NCBI GenBank assembly: GCA_965261735.1
Contig: OZ253470.1
Location: 2,368,001 to 2,432,000 of the forward strand
Direction: 5' to 3'
Source: Alphaproteobacteria bacterium
GTDB lineage: Bacteria; Pseudomonadota; Alphaproteobacteria; SHVV01
DNA length: 64,000 nucleotides
Made by a program: the position numbers and the translations under genes. The notes below the pieces were generated by a model. The model was not told the DNA's origin. It ran no database searches and worked only from the letters and a program-made list of their open reading frames with translations. Positions 1-11,040 of this stretch are shown here, in pieces; position 1 is the first letter of the stretch; every line of letters begins with the position of its first letter.

Positions 1-1
1 C

Positions 2-193
2 ACCGCGGTGGATGCGATCCAGTACGGCTTTCGTCCCATCATCGTGCGCGACGCCGTCGGCGACCGCTGGCCCGCCGCCCACGAGCAGGCGCTCTACGAC
101 ATGCACGCCAAATATGGCGACGTGCTCGACAGCGCCGAGGTCGTCGGCTACCTCAACGGGTTGGCAACGACCGCGCACGCCGCCGCCGAGTGA
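2..193 (+). CDS. Isochorismatase-family hydrolase, C-terminal part (5' end outside window)
   Basis: DAIQYGFRPIIVRDAVGDR...HEQALYDMHAKYGDV matches the C-terminus of the N-carbamoylsarcosine amidase/maleamate amidohydrolase group. Confidence 0.75.
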   Translation, partial: TAVDAIQYGFRPIIVRDAVGDRWPAAHEQALYDMHAKYGDVLDSAEVVGYLNGLATTAHAAAE

Positions 194-287
194 GGCGACT
201 CCCCGGATTGCGGTTGCCACCGCGTCGGGGCACGACCAGAATGAGCGCCTCGCCGGTTTGGGCGAGGCGAAACGCGACGAGGTCACC

Positions 288-653
288 ATGGGGGTCCACA
301 GGCTAGACCACTACAACATCGTGACGGAGAAGCTCGACGAAACGGTCGCGTTCTACGTCAGCGTCCTCGGACTCGAGGACGGCAAGCGGCCCACCTTCCA
401 GTTTCCCGGCGCGTGGCTCTACAGTGGCGCCAGTCCGCTCGTCCACTTGATGCAGCTCGGCGAGGACCGCGGCCAAGGCACGGGCCCGATCGATCACATC
501 GCCTTCGAGGCGAGCGACTATGACGGTTTCACGCAGCATCTGAAGGACCACGGCGTCACCTACGACGAACGCTTCATCGAGGACGCCAACCTGCGCCAGG
601 TCTTCCTCCTCGATCCCAACGGCGTCAAGGTGGAGATCAACTTCCCGCAGTAG
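288..653 (+). CDS. VOC/glyoxalase family protein
   Basis: LDHYNI..., IDHIAF..., VFLLDPNGVKVEINF motifs; GAGG upstream of ATG 288. Confidence 0.85.
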   Translation: MGVHRLDHYNIVTEKLDETVAFYVSVLGLEDGKRPTFQFPGAWLYSGASPLVHLMQLGEDRGQGTGPIDHIAFEASDYDGFTQHLKDHGVTYDERFIEDANLRQVFLLDPNGVKVEINFPQ

Positions 654-787
654 CCGGCCGCGGCAACGGGGGGGCATCCGCATACCCGATGGGCCGCCGG
701 GCCGCGCGCACTCGCCCCGGCGCCCCTCTCGTACGCCGCGCACGCGAGCACACCGATCCAGCAGCAGAATCTAAGGAGAGAACTAAC

Positions 788-1762
788 ATGAGACTCGTCA
801 ACTTCAAGAGAGACCGCACCGTCCGTGTCGGGGCCGAGGACGGCGGCGAGATCGTCGACCTCATCGATGCACTGGGGGGTGATCGCAGGGCCGCCGCCGC
901 GGACCGCGCCATCCTCGGCGATACGATTTCGCTCATTGCCGCCGGCCCCAAGGGAATGCGCCTCGCGCGCAAGGCCGTACGCCTAAGCCGCAAGGGCGGC
1001 AAGGGGCGCATGCCGCGGTCCAAGGCGAAGCTCACCGCGCCCCTGCAGCCGAGCATTATCCTGTGTTCCGGCGAGAACTACTGGGACCACCGCGAAGAGA
1101 AACCCAAGGTGGATCCCAAGGAGCCCGAATTCTTCGTCAAGGTGCCGCAGGCGGTGTGCGGGCCGCGCGACACCATCCTCTACGATCGCTCGATCACCAA
1201 GAAGCTCGACTACGAGGCGGAACTAGCCGTGCTGATCGGCAAGCCGGGTCGCCATATCCCCAAGAAGCGCGCCCTCGAGCACGTATTCGGCTACACCATC
1301 ATGAACGACGTCACCGCGCGTGATCGCCAGGTCATGTTCAAGCCCGACGGCTCGATGTTCTACATCGTCGGCCCGAGCAAGAACTTCGACACCAGCGCGC
1401 CGATGGGCCCGTGCATCGTCACCGCCGACGAAATGCGCGACCCGCAGACGATGGAGATCAGCAGCCGCGTCAACAAGGAGGTGCGCCAGCACAACACCAC
1501 GGCCAACATGATCTGGAAGGTGGCCGATCTCGTGGCGTTCTTCTCCGCCAACCTCACGCTCAAAGCCGGCATGGTGATCTCCACCGGCACACCGGGCGGC
1601 ACCGCGTGGGGCACCGACCCCGAGCTCGGCGGCCGCGCCAAGAAGCGCGGCGACGTCGTCCTGCCGGCGGGCTACCTCAGGCCCGGCGACGTGGTGACGT
1701 GCGAGATCGAGGGCATCGGCAAGCTGCGCAACAAGGTAGCGGTCTACAAGCGCGCGGCCTAA
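788..1762 (+). CDS. Fumarylacetoacetate hydrolase family protein
   Basis: LDYEAELAVLIGK, GYTIMNDVTARD, KNFDTSAPMGP, ISTGTPGG motifs; AAGGAG RBS. Confidence 0.9.
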   Translation: MRLVNFKRDRTVRVGAEDGGEIVDLIDALGGDRRAAAADRAILGDTISLIAAGPKGMRLARKAVRLSRKGGKGRMPRSKAKLTAPLQPSIILCSGENYWDHREEKPKVDPKEPEFFVKVPQAVCGPRDTILYDRSITKKLDYEAELAVLIGKPGRHIPKKRALEHVFGYTIMNDVTARDRQVMFKPDGSMFYIVGPSKNFDTSAPMGPCIVTADEMRDPQTMEISSRVNKEVRQHNTTANMIWKVADLVAFFSANLTLKAGMVISTGTPGGTAWGTDPELGGRAKKRGDVVLPAGYLRPGDVVTCEIEGIGKLRNKVAVYKRAA

Positions 1763-1848
1763 CGCGCTTCGGCGGGCGGCGGCGCAGGCGCCTGCCCGCC
1801 CGCCAGCGGTTTGCGACAGATGGCGGGGTTGGCGCTACACTGGCGCGC

Positions 1849-2046
1849 ATGCAGAGCGTCCTGGTGGTTCTCATTGGCGTCGCCCTCGCCGCCACCCTCG
1901 GCGTCCTCGCCACGGGCTTCATCAGCATGGCGAGCGGCGGCGCCTTCAACCGCAAGTACGGCAATATCCTGATGCGCGCCCGCATCGGCACGCAAGGAGT
2001 GACGGTGCTGCTGATGCTGCTGTACGCCCTCACGACCTGGTTGTAG
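1849..2046 (+). CDS. Twin-transmembrane-helix small protein (HIG1-like)
   Basis: Two hydrophobic helices around GGAFNRKYGNILMRARIGTQ; usual position upstream of the pduO-type gene. Confidence 0.8.
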   Translation: MQSVLVVLIGVALAATLGVLATGFISMASGGAFNRKYGNILMRARIGTQGVTVLLMLLYALTTWL

Positions 2047-2064
2047 GAGCGTTCCTGGCGCGCC

Positions 2065-2628
2065 ATGGTCAGGCTCACCAAGATCTATACGCGCGGCGGG
2101 GATGCTGGTGAAACTTCGCTCGGCGGCGGTGCGCGCGTCGCCAAACACGATCTGCGCGTCGCCGCCTACGGCACGGTCGACGAGGCCAACGCCACGATCG
2201 GCCTCGCGCGCCTGCACGCGAGCGGCGAGGCCGACGCCATGCTGGGCCGCATTCAGGACGACCTGTTCGACCTCGGCGCCGACCTGTCGACGCCGGGCGA
2301 GGACTTCGTCGATCTGAATGCGCTGCGCATCACTCAGGTACAGATCGACCGGCTGGAGGCGGAGATCGATGCGATGAACGGGCGCCTCGCGCCGCTCGAT
2401 TCGTTCGTCCTGCCCGGAGGGACGGCGGCCGCCGCCCACCTTCACCTCGCCCGCACGGTGACGCGCCGGGCCGAGCGCCTGATGTGCGCGCTCGCCGCCC
2501 GCGAGGCGGTCAACCCGCTCGCCATCCGCTTCGTCAACCGGCTGTCCGATCACCTGTTCGTGCTCGGCCGCCACCTGAACGAGGACGGCGCCGGCGACGT
2601 GCTGTGGCGCCCCGGCGCCAACCGCTAG
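2065..2628 (+). CDS. pduO: PduO-type ATP:cob(I)alamin adenosyltransferase
   Basis: KIYTRGGDAGETSL, AYGTVDEAN, FVLPGG, ARTVTRRAER, NRLSDHLF motifs. Confidence 0.92.
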   Translation: MVRLTKIYTRGGDAGETSLGGGARVAKHDLRVAAYGTVDEANATIGLARLHASGEADAMLGRIQDDLFDLGADLSTPGEDFVDLNALRITQVQIDRLEAEIDAMNGRLAPLDSFVLPGGTAAAAHLHLARTVTRRAERLMCALAAREAVNPLAIRFVNRLSDHLFVLGRHLNEDGAGDVLWRPGANR

Positions 2629-2689
2629 GACTTGGCGGTTTCGGCCTCTCGGGCGGGCGGCGGGTGAGACGGTATGTGAGGCGGCAATA

Positions 2690-3253
2690 ATGGCTTCCGG
2701 TCGCAAGAAAATGAAGATGGAGTCGACGGCGGAACCTACGGCAGGGGCCACCAAGGAGCGTTATGATGCGCAAAAGCGGCGAAAGGAGGTCGAGCGCAAG
2801 GCGCAACTGAGAAAAAGCAAACTCAAGCGGGCGGGATCGATGGCCGCTCGGCGGCTGCCGTACGCCGGGCTAGCGGTGCTGCTGGCAGTGGGTGCGGTCT
2901 GGTGGTTCGAGCGCGGACCGTCGCTCCCTCCGACGAGCATGGAGGGCCACGTGGAGGCGCTTCCGCCGGGTCACATTCTGACGGCTCCGATGGCCGAGAC
3001 CATCCAGCGTCACATGCTCGAACACGCCGATGGCAAGGGGGCTCCGGGCGTTATCATCCAGTACAACAGCGACGATTTCGACTGCGGACCCGACCTCGTA
3101 CGGAAGCTCACCGAACTCGCCCGCGACTATCGGGCAAACGTGTATCTCGCTCCCAGCAGCTACGACGGCAAGATCATTCTGACCAGGCTTGGTCGGCGGC
3201 AGGTCCTGGATGGTTTCGATGGCCCGGCGATCCGCCGGTTCATTGTCCGTTAG
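2690..3253 (+). CDS. Membrane-anchored hypothetical protein (DUF3105-like)
   Basis: Basic N-terminus, one TM helix, PPTSM..H and HMLEH..G.VIIQY motifs. Confidence 0.55.
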   Translation: MASGRKKMKMESTAEPTAGATKERYDAQKRRKEVERKAQLRKSKLKRAGSMAARRLPYAGLAVLLAVGAVWWFERGPSLPPTSMEGHVEALPPGHILTAPMAETIQRHMLEHADGKGAPGVIIQYNSDDFDCGPDLVRKLTELARDYRANVYLAPSSYDGKIILTRLGRRQVLDGFDGPAIRRFIVR

Positions 3254-3286
3254 GCGCGATAATGCGGGAGGCCCGGAGCGAACGCG

Positions 3287-3360
3287 ATGACGCGCCGCGC
3301 CGAGCGCTTGATCCGCGAACTCGTTGCTCGCGAAGCGGTGAGCCCGGCGGCAACCGCTAA
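3287..3360 (+). pseudogene. Degenerate fragment of a pduO-like 3' end
   Basis: Translates MTRRAERLIRELVAREAVSP versus pduO VTRRAERLMCALAAREAVNP; ends cccggcggcaaccgctaa versus pduO cccggcgccaaccgctag. Confidence 0.7.
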
Positions 3361-3390
3361 GTGTTCGCCTCGAACCGTGCGGCCAATGGG

Positions 3391-3420
3391 GTAGGGGCGG
3401 GTTTTCAAACCCGCCCGTAC
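3391..3420 (+). repeat. GTAG-tagged REP-like palindrome
   Basis: GTAGGGGCGGGTTTTCAAACCCGCCCGTAC: GTAG tag plus GGGCGGGTTT/AAACCCGCCC stem, between convergent genes. Confidence 0.7.
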
Positions 3421-3442
3421 GGCCCGCACAGCCGATGGCCCT

Positions 3443-5184
3443 TCAGACGACGAGGCCGGCGCGGCGTAGGCCCTCGAGGAAATGCTCGAGCAGGCCTGCG
3501 TCCCGGAACGGCGCGATCTCTGTTACCTTGAGCCATGAGATTTCCGAACTGAGCCGCCGCGTCTCCGCCGCCTCGGCGTACGCCTTCTCGAGGTCGCCGG
3601 TGTAGGCGTACGTCGCCGCGAGCAGGAGGTGGTTGCCGGTGGCGTCGGGGTTGCGCACGACGCCGCGCTTGAGGATCGAGATTGCCTCGTGGTAGCGCCG
3701 CAGCGTGAAGTAGGCCGACCCGAGGATCGAGAGGTACCAAGACGGATACACGGGATTGAGGCTCATCGCCTTGTCGATCAAGGGAAGGGTCTTTTCGGGC
3801 TCGCCGATCCAGGTGCGGATCTCGCCCAACGTCGCGTAGCTGTCAGCGGCGCTGGCATCGAGGCCAATCGCGCGCTCGGCCTCGGCGACGGCGTCGTCGT
3901 AGCGCTTCTTCCATAGATAGGCATAGCTCAACGTCTCGTGCGCCGCCGCCAACGAGCCGTCGAGCGCCACCGCCTGTTCCGCCAGCTCCAGGGAGCGGTC
4001 GCGCGCGGCTTCCGGTTCCGCGGACCAGCCCTGGTTGCATTCACGCATGTAGGTCAGCGACAGCCCGGCATAGGCGGGTGCGTAATCGAGGTCGAGGGCG
4101 CGCGCCTGCTCGAACATCCCGCCCGCCCGTTGGCCTCGCGCGTAAAGCGTGAGAGGTAGCCGCGTCCGCGCAGCAGGTAGTCGTAGGCGTCGATGTTGGC
4201 GGTATCCCGCCGCGCCAGCCGCGCCTGCTGGTGCGGGCTCAACGTCATCCGCAGCGCCGCGACGATCTCCCGCGTCACCTCGTCCTGGACCGCGAAGATG
4301 TCGACGAGGTCGCGGTCGTAGCGCTCGGCCCACACGTGCGCGCCGGTCGCCCCATCGACGAGCTGGGCGCTGATGCGCACGCGCCCGCCCGCCTTGCGCA
4401 CGCTACCCTCGAGGACGTGGCGGGCGCCGAGCTCGCGGCTCACCTGCTTGATGTCGGTCGGCTTGCCCTTGTAGGCAAAGGCCGAATGGCGCGCGATCAC
4501 GTTGAGCTGCGGGAGCTTCGACAGGGCCGTGATCAGGTCTTCGCTGATTCCGTCGCTGAAATATTCCTGCTCGGGATCGGCGCTCAGATTGTTGAACGGC
4601 AGGACCGCGATCGAGTCGCGCCGGTCGGCACTCCCCTCAGCAGCCCTCTCGCCGCCGCCGTCCGCCCTCAGCCGGTAGGCGCGAACCGGCTCGGCGATGT
4701 TCTTGAACGCCTGCTCGCCGAGCGAATCGTAGGCGAACTCGAGCTTGTTGTGAACGCTGTCGTAGACCGTGCCCGACAGGCACACGCCGCCGGGGTCGGC
4801 GAGCGCCCGCAGGCGAGCGGCGATGTTGACCCCGTCACCGAAGATGTCGTCGCCCTCGATGAGCACGTCGCCGAGGTGGACGCCAACGCGAAACTCGAGG
4901 CGCTCGGGCACCGCGCGCTCGCGGTTACGCTCGGCCAGCAGCGATTGCATCTCGGCCGCGCACGCCACCGCCTCAACGACGCTGGCGAACTCGGCGAGCA
5001 GCGCATCGCCGGCCGCATTGACGATGCGCCCGCCGTGGCTCGCGATGTTGCCCGACATCTCGCGGCGATCGGCGGTCAGGCGCGCGAGCGTCGCCTCTTC
5101 GTCCTCGCCCATCAAACGCGCATACCCGGCCACGTCGGCGGCAAGGATAGCGGCGAGCTTGCGTTGGACGCCGGGCGGTGACAC
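3443..5184 (-). pseudogene. Adenylate/guanylate cyclase-TolB_N-like-TPR protein, frameshifted near 4120
   Basis: [28 protein letters not shown]-like and SIAVLPFNNLS..QEYFSDG motifs in one frame; TPR repeats continue in another frame from MFEQARALD; the shift lies in a GGGC-repeat tract. Confidence 0.8.
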
Positions 5185-5287
5185 CGCGTCTGGCTCCCTG
5201 TGGGGTGGGCCGCGGCGTCTAGGGGAGGGCCAATGCAATGTCCAACCGCGCCCGGGCCGAGGCGCCCGGCACGCTCGGCGTCCCGCG

Positions 5288-5316
5288 TTGACAGGCTCAG
5301 GACGCCACACTAGTTT
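5288..5316 (+). promoter_or_regulatory. Putative sigma70 promoter of etfBA-hbd
   Basis: TTGACA-N17-TAGTTT ending about 50 bp upstream of etfB. Confidence 0.55.
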
Positions 5317-5365
5317 GCCGCGCGAGCCGGCTTTCGCCCGCGCTCGCTTCGTCCAGGGGCCGACC

Positions 5366-6115
5366 ATGAAAGTGCTCGTCGCGATCAAGCGGGTCATCGA
5401 TGCGAACGTCAAGGTGCGGGTCAGGGCCGACCACACCGGCGTCGAAACGCAGAACGTCAAGATGGCCATGAACCCGTTCGACGAGATCGCCATCGAAGAG
5501 GCGATTCGCCTCAAGGAGGCGGGCAGCGTCGAGGAGATCGTCGCCGTATCGATGGGTGCGCAGACCTGCCAGGAGACCATACGCACGGCGCTCGCGATGG
5601 GCGCCGACCGCGGCATTCTGGTCAAGACGGACGCCGAGCTTCAGCCGCTCGCCGTGGCCAAGCTGCTCAAGGCCATCGTCGAGGCCGAGGCCCCCGACTT
5701 CGTCATCCTGGGCAAGCAGGCGATCGACGACGACGCCAATCAGACGGGCCAGATGCTCGCCGGGCTGCTCGGCTGGCCGCAGGGCACCTTCTGCTCCAAG
5801 CTCGTCTTCACGGACGGCCGCGCCGAGGCGACGCGCGAGGTCGATGGCGGCCTGCAGACCGTCTCGCTCGCGTTACCGACGATCATCACCACGGACCTGC
5901 GCCTCAACGAGCCGCGCTACGCCTCGCTGCCCAACATCATGAAGGCCAAGAAAAAGCCAATCGACCAGAAGACGCCAGAGGACTTCGGTGTCGACGTGAC
6001 GCCACGGCTCACGGTGCTCAAGGTCGAGCCGCCGCCCAAGCGCGAGGCCGGGGTCAAGCTCGAGAGCGTCGCCGACCTCGTCGACAAGCTGCGCAACGAG
6101 GCGGGGGTGATCTGA
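5366..6115 (+). CDS. etfB: Electron transfer flavoprotein beta subunit
   Basis: [53 protein letters not shown]. Confidence 0.97.
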   Translation: MKVLVAIKRVIDANVKVRVRADHTGVETQNVKMAMNPFDEIAIEEAIRLKEAGSVEEIVAVSMGAQTCQETIRTALAMGADRGILVKTDAELQPLAVAKLLKAIVEAEAPDFVILGKQAIDDDANQTGQMLAGLLGWPQGTFCSKLVFTDGRAEATREVDGGLQTVSLALPTIITTDLRLNEPRYASLPNIMKAKKKPIDQKTPEDFGVDVTPRLTVLKVEPPPKREAGVKLESVADLVDKLRNEAGVI

Positions 6116-7050
6116 TGGCGGTCCTGGTCCTCGCCGAGCACGACAACGCCGAGCTCAAGCCGGCGACGCTGAACACGGTGAGCGCGGCGGGCGAGCTCGA
6201 TGCGGAGGTGCACGTGCTGGTCGCCGGGCCGGGTGCGGCGCCGGTGGCCGATGCGGCGGCCAAGATCGCCGGTGTCGCCAAGGTCCTCCTCGCCGATGAC
6301 GCGCGCTACGACCATCAGCTCGCGGAGGCCGGGGCCGCCCTGATCGTCGCCCTGGCACCGGCCTACGCCGCGGTGCTGGCGCCGGCGACCACGACCGGCA
6401 AGAACATCATGCCGCGCGCCGCCGCACTGCTCGACGTGGCGCAGATCTCGGACATCAGCGAGGTCGTCTCGGGCGATACGTTCGTGCGGCCGATCTATGC
6501 CGGCAACGCGCTGGCGACGGTGCAGTCGAGCGATGCCATCAAGATCATCACCGTGCGCACCACCGCGTTCGCGGCTGCTCCGACCGAGGGCGGTAGCGCC
6601 GCCGTCGAGGCGGTAGCTGCGGCGGCCGATCCCGCGCTGTCGAGCTTCGTCGGCGAGGCGTTGAGCGCCTCGGAGCGGCCCGAGCTCACGGCCGCGCGCA
6701 TCATCATATCGGGGGGCCGCGGCATGCAGAGCGGCGACAACTTCCCGCTGCTCGAGAAGATCGCGGACCAGCTCGGGGCCGCCGTTGGCGCGAGCCGCGC
6801 CGCGGTCGATGCGGGCTTCGTGCCCAACGATTACCAGGTCGGCCAGACCGGCAAGATCGTGGCGCCCGAGCTCTACATCGCCGTCGGCATCTCGGGCGCC
6901 ATCCAGCACCTCGCGGGGATGAAGGACTCCAAGGTGATCGTCGCCATCAACAAGGACGAGGAGGCGCCCATCTTCCAGATCGCCGACTACGGGTTGGTGG
7001 CCGACCTCTTCAAGGTGCTGCCGGAGCTGGCCGAGGAGCTGGCGAAATAG
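6115..7050 (+). CDS. etfA: Electron transfer flavoprotein alpha subunit
   Basis: [45 protein letters not shown]. Confidence 0.97.
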   Translation: MAVLVLAEHDNAELKPATLNTVSAAGELDAEVHVLVAGPGAAPVADAAAKIAGVAKVLLADDARYDHQLAEAGAALIVALAPAYAAVLAPATTTGKNIMPRAAALLDVAQISDISEVVSGDTFVRPIYAGNALATVQSSDAIKIITVRTTAFAAAPTEGGSAAVEAVAAAADPALSSFVGEALSASERPELTAARIIISGGRGMQSGDNFPLLEKIADQLGAAVGASRAAVDAGFVPNDYQVGQTGKIVAPELYIAVGISGAIQHLAGMKDSKVIVAINKDEEAPIFQIADYGLVADLFKVLPELAEELAK

Positions 7051-7061
7051 CGGCGCTCGCG

Positions 7062-7934
7062 GTGATCGAGAAGGTCGCCGTCATCGGCGCCGGCCAGATG
7101 GGCTCGGGTATCGCCCACGTGTGCGCCCTCGCGGGCTTCGAGGTGACGCTGTCCGACATAGACCGCGCCCAGCTCGACAAGGCGCAGGGGACGATCGATG
7201 CCAACCTCGCGCGGCAGGTGGCGCGCGCGAGGATAACTGAAGAAAACAAGGCGGCGGCGCTCACCCGCATCGCGGCCGCGCAAGGCTTGGACGCGGTGGG
7301 GGACGCCGACCTCGCGATCGAGGCGGCGAGCGAGGACGAGGAGGTCAAGGTGCGCATCTTCGGCGAGCTGTGCCCGCGCCTCAAGCCGGGCGCCCTTATC
7401 GCCAGCAACACCTCGTCAATTTCGATCACGCGGTTGGCCGCGGCGAGCGACCGCCCGGCGCAATTCATCGGCGTCCACTTCTTCAATCCGGTGCCGATGA
7501 TGAGCCTCGTCGAGCTGATCCGCGGCATGGCCACCGAGCAGGCGACGTTCGATACGGTCGAGACCTTCGTGCGCGCACTCGGCAAGACGCCGGTCGCAGC
7601 CGAGGACGCGCCCGGCTTCATCGTCAACCGCATGCTCGTGCCCATGATCAACGAGGCGGTGGTCGCGCTCCACGAGGGGGTGAGCTCGGTGGCCGATATC
7701 GACGCGGCGATGAAGCTCGGCGCCAATCACCCAATGGGCCCGCTCGAGCTCGCCGATTTCGTCGGCCTCGACGTCTGCCTCGCGGTGATGCGGGTCCTGC
7801 ACGCCCAACTGGGCGATGCCAAGTACCGGCCGTGCCCGCTGCTCGTGAAGTTCGTCGACGCCGGCTGGCTCGGCCGCAAAACGGGCCGCGGCTTCTACGA
7901 CTATTCCGGCGAGACGCCGGTACCCAAGCGTTGA
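7062..7934 (+). CDS. hbd: 3-hydroxybutyryl-CoA dehydrogenase
   Basis: [41 protein letters not shown]. Confidence 0.93.
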   Translation: MIEKVAVIGAGQMGSGIAHVCALAGFEVTLSDIDRAQLDKAQGTIDANLARQVARARITEENKAAALTRIAAAQGLDAVGDADLAIEAASEDEEVKVRIFGELCPRLKPGALIASNTSSISITRLAAASDRPAQFIGVHFFNPVPMMSLVELIRGMATEQATFDTVETFVRALGKTPVAAEDAPGFIVNRMLVPMINEAVVALHEGVSSVADIDAAMKLGANHPMGPLELADFVGLDVCLAVMRVLHAQLGDAKYRPCPLLVKFVDAGWLGRKTGRGFYDYSGETPVPKR

Positions 7935-8178
7935 GAGAACAGCGGCGGACTTAGCCGCGCATTCTTGGTTAGGCACCTGGCTTCAGCCATTTGTTGTCCG
8001 TTCGTAGCCAACGTGAACACCTACGCTAACATCGTCGCGCGATGAAGCGGCGCGTCAGGCGATGGCATCGGGGCTGTCCAATAGTGGAATAAAAATGGGT
8101 TCTGTGACGTTTTTCCGCGAGGGACCCGCACGGCCCTGCGGTTTTCGCCACGTGTGTAACAGACGGGGAGTGAGAACC

Positions 8179-9063
8179 ATGAAGCGCAAACAAGCCGGTG
8201 ACTTCGATCAGGGGTTGCTCGATCTGTACGACCGCTTTATCCACGGCGCGGTGAGCCGCCGGGAGTTTCTCGACAGGGCCACGAAATATACCGTCGGCGG
8301 CATCACCGCTGCGGCGCTACTCGACGCGTTGTCGCCCAGATATGCGCTGGCGCAGCAGGTCGCGCCGAACGATCCCCGCATCAAGGCGGAGTACATCACC
8401 TACCCCTCACCGGACGGGCACGGTTCGGTGCGCGGGCTTCTTGCCCGGCCCGCGAATACCGGCGGAAAGGTGCCCGGCGTGGTCGTCGTGCACGAGAACC
8501 GCGGCCTCAACCCCTACGTGGAAGACGTCGCGCGCCGCGTCGCCGTGGCCGGGTTTGTGGGCCTGGCGCCGGACGGCCTGACCTCGTTCGGCGGCTATCC
8601 CGGCAATGACGACGACGGCCGCAAGATGCAGCGCCAGCTCGACGGCGGCAAGCTGCTGGAAGATTTCATCGCCACATTTCGACACCTTCACGGGCGCGAC
8701 GATACCGGCAAGGTGGGGGTGGTCGGCTTCTGCTACGGCGGCGGCGTGTGCAACGCGATGGCGGTGCGCCTCCCCGAGCTCGCGGCCGCGGCGCCGTTCT
8801 ACGGCGCCCAACCGGCAGCGGCGGACGTGCCCAAGATCCGGGCGCCGCTCTTGCTGCACTACGCAGCGCTCGACACCTACATCAACCCCGGCTGGCCGGC
8901 CTATGAAGCGGCGCTCAAGGAGCACGGCAAGGACTACACGGCGCACTTTTATGCGGACGTGAACCACGGCTTCCACAACGATACCACGCCGCGCTACGAC
9001 GAGGCCGCGGCCACGCTCGCGTGGGACCGCACGATCGCGTTCTTCGCCGACAAGCTGGTGTAG
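8179..9063 (+). CDS. Dienelactone hydrolase family protein (YghX-like)
   Basis: [14 protein letters not shown] nucleophile, [11 protein letters not shown]; twin-arginine-like SRREFL near the N-terminus. Confidence 0.9.
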   Translation: MKRKQAGDFDQGLLDLYDRFIHGAVSRREFLDRATKYTVGGITAAALLDALSPRYALAQQVAPNDPRIKAEYITYPSPDGHGSVRGLLARPANTGGKVPGVVVVHENRGLNPYVEDVARRVAVAGFVGLAPDGLTSFGGYPGNDDDGRKMQRQLDGGKLLEDFIATFRHLHGRDDTGKVGVVGFCYGGGVCNAMAVRLPELAAAAPFYGAQPAAADVPKIRAPLLLHYAALDTYINPGWPAYEAALKEHGKDYTAHFYADVNHGFHNDTTPRYDEAAATLAWDRTIAFFADKLV

Positions 9064-9186
9064 GGGAGCGCCTTCGCCCCGTCTACGGGTTCGCTGTCTC
9101 CGTCGCTCCATAGACCACGAGAACGCACATGACAGTTTATCGTCCCTGCCCAATAGTCGGTGGCACGGGAAAGTAGCTCATTGTTC

Positions 9187-10291
9187 CTTGCCTATCCGGT
9201 TAACGCCCATGACCGCTACATGTAGGGTGCCGCCACTCTCCCGAGTAAAGCTCGGCATAGGTTGGAGCAGAGGTGTCGCCCGCGATGCCGAGCAATGAGC
9301 GGAAGGCGTTGAACGGGTAGAACCGCCTGTTGAAGCGGAAGGTGAACTCGTTGAGGTAGGCTTGTAGGTGCTGGTGGCTAACGCCGTGGTGGATACCGAT
9401 CAGCCACGTCTTCAGGTTGGCGAAAACCAGATGGATGATCGGCAGGTATTGCTCGGCAACCTCTGGATCACCACACTCGGCAACAGCGAAGTGCTCATAG
9501 CCGCGCTTACCGAGGCCAGCATAGCCGCTCCAATCGTCAGTAACGATCAGCGATCGCGGCGCGACGGTGCTCTCGACGAACCCACAGAGCGACTCGGCGC
9601 TACGGTCGAGCACGACGGCGAGCCGAACGCGTCCGGCATAGCGTCCGTCTTTCCGGTTGTCGAGCTTGGTGCCCGGCTTTCGATGACGCACTTCGATGGC
9701 ACAGGAGACGGGAACCTTGTGGTGAACACCACGGCCTTCCCCACGCGTTCGCCCGCCAACCCAGGTTTCGTCCACCTCAACATGGTTCTTGGGCTGTCCA
9801 CCGATCCTGTCTTGGTTGGGCCGCACCATGCCCGAGCGGAGCTTGTGGAGAATTTGAAAGGCCGTCTCGTAGCGCGAAAGACCAAGTTGCCGCTGAAACT
9901 GCACGGCGGACATGCCGGGCGTCTGACTGGCGACCAGATAAGCGGCCCAGAACCAGACGTTCAGCGGAGTGTGGCTACGCTCCATCACTGTTCCCACCGT
10001 CAGCCCGGTGTTCTGGCGGCACTTGCGGCAGCGCAGGACGCCAGGGCGGTTTTCAAAGTGGAACGGCTCTCCCGCCGTGCCGCAGTGCGGGCAGGCAAAG
10101 CCGTCTCCCCAGCGGGCTTTCTCCAGGTAGGCGGCGCAGGCCGCATCATCGGGGAAAAGTCGCTGGAACTCGGGTAGCGAATGCGGGAATGGGAGATCGG
10201 CGCGGTCGAGAACATCCATGGCGCGCTCCCCTATATCCGGGTTGCGCCCATTCTAGCCCTAGTGGGTGTGGGTGTAAACCGGACAGGTAAG
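9187..10291 (-). mobile_element. IS1595-family insertion sequence, copy 1 (1105 bp)
   Basis: Terminal IRs CTTGCCTATCCGGTT / AACCGGACAGGTAAG; 8-bp TSD CATTGTTC at 9179-9186 and 10292-10299. Confidence 0.93.
9200..10219 (-). CDS. IS1595-family transposase
   Basis: Zn ribbon CPHC..CRKC, VEVDET, TDDW, YLNEF.FRFNRR. Confidence 0.92.
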   Translation of the reverse strand: MDVLDRADLPFPHSLPEFQRLFPDDAACAAYLEKARWGDGFACPHCGTAGEPFHFENRPGVLRCRKCRQNTGLTVGTVMERSHTPLNVWFWAAYLVASQTPGMSAVQFQRQLGLSRYETAFQILHKLRSGMVRPNQDRIGGQPKNHVEVDETWVGGRTRGEGRGVHHKVPVSCAIEVRHRKPGTKLDNRKDGRYAGRVRLAVVLDRSAESLCGFVESTVAPRSLIVTDDWSGYAGLGKRGYEHFAVAECGDPEVAEQYLPIIHLVFANLKTWLIGIHHGVSHQHLQAYLNEFTFRFNRRFYPFNAFRSLLGIAGDTSAPTYAELYSGEWRHPTCSGHGR

Positions 10292-10301
10292 CATTGTTCG
10301 T

Positions 10302-10400
10302 CCCCCTCCCCTACCCCCCTCCCACGAGGGGAGGGGGAATAAGGGCGCGACATCAACCTCTTAACCCTCCCCCTCGATGGGGGAGGGCCGGGAGGGGGTG
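10302..10400. repeat. Inverted pair of C/G-rich intergenic palindromic repeats
   Basis: CCCCCTCCCCTACCCCCCTCCCACGAGGGGAGGGGG (10302-10337) and its inverted relative CCCTCCCCCTCGATGGGGGAGGGCCGGGAGGGGGTG (10365-10400). Confidence 0.6.
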
Positions 10401-10419
10401 AACCGACACAACAGCGAAC

Positions 10420-11022
10420 CTAGGTCCGGCGGGCGATGAAGTGGCGCATGAGAGCAACGGCCTCGGGGCTGTCCCATTCGGCCGGACCGACGAGACGGCC
10501 GAGCTCGCGGCCCTCGCGGTCGAGCAGCACCGAGGCCGGCAAGCCGAAGGCGCCGAAGGCGCGCGTCGCGTTCATGGGTTGGTCGACGTATGCGGCCAGC
10601 GAGCGGAGGTCGTGCTTGTCGAGGAAGGCCTTGACCGCCTCCAGCCCTTTGCGTTCCTGGGCGAGCGCGAGCACCAGGAAGTCGTCGCCGCCGAGCTTGG
10701 CGTTGAGCCGGTCGAGCGCCGGCATCTCGCGCAAACAGGGTGCGCACCAGGTCGCCCACAGATTGACCAGCACCACCTTGCCCTGGAAGTCGGCGAGCGT
10801 GCGCTCGGCGCCGCCTGCGTCGACGAAGGCCACCGCCGGCGCTGGCTTGAGGTTGTCGGACAAGGTAAAGTTGATCATCTGCCCCTTGATCAAGAGCTTG
10901 GCCGCGTCTCTGCTGGGCCCGACCTGCGGCACCACGGACTGGTCGATGCGCGTGGCCAGGAAGAGCACCGCGATCAGCCCAGCGGCGCCGACGAGAGCAT
11001 GTTTGAGGGGTGGGAGTTTCAT
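10420..11022 (-). CDS. tlpA: TlpA-family thiol:disulfide interchange protein
   Basis: [18 protein letters not shown]; N-terminal TM; divergent from argH. Confidence 0.9.
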   Translation of the reverse strand: MKLPPLKHALVGAAGLIAVLFLATRIDQSVVPQVGPSRDAAKLLIKGQMINFTLSDNLKPAPAVAFVDAGGAERTLADFQGKVVLVNLWATWCAPCLREMPALDRLNAKLGGDDFLVLALAQERKGLEAVKAFLDKHDLRSLAAYVDQPMNATRAFGAFGLPASVLLDREGRELGRLVGPAEWDSPEAVALMRHFIARRT

Positions 11023-11040
11023 GAAGTTCGAGACCGTGCC

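Noticed and set aside
7935-8178. Intergenic region before the YghX-like gene as an ncRNA
   Set aside because: No recognisable RNA family motif or convincing structure by eye
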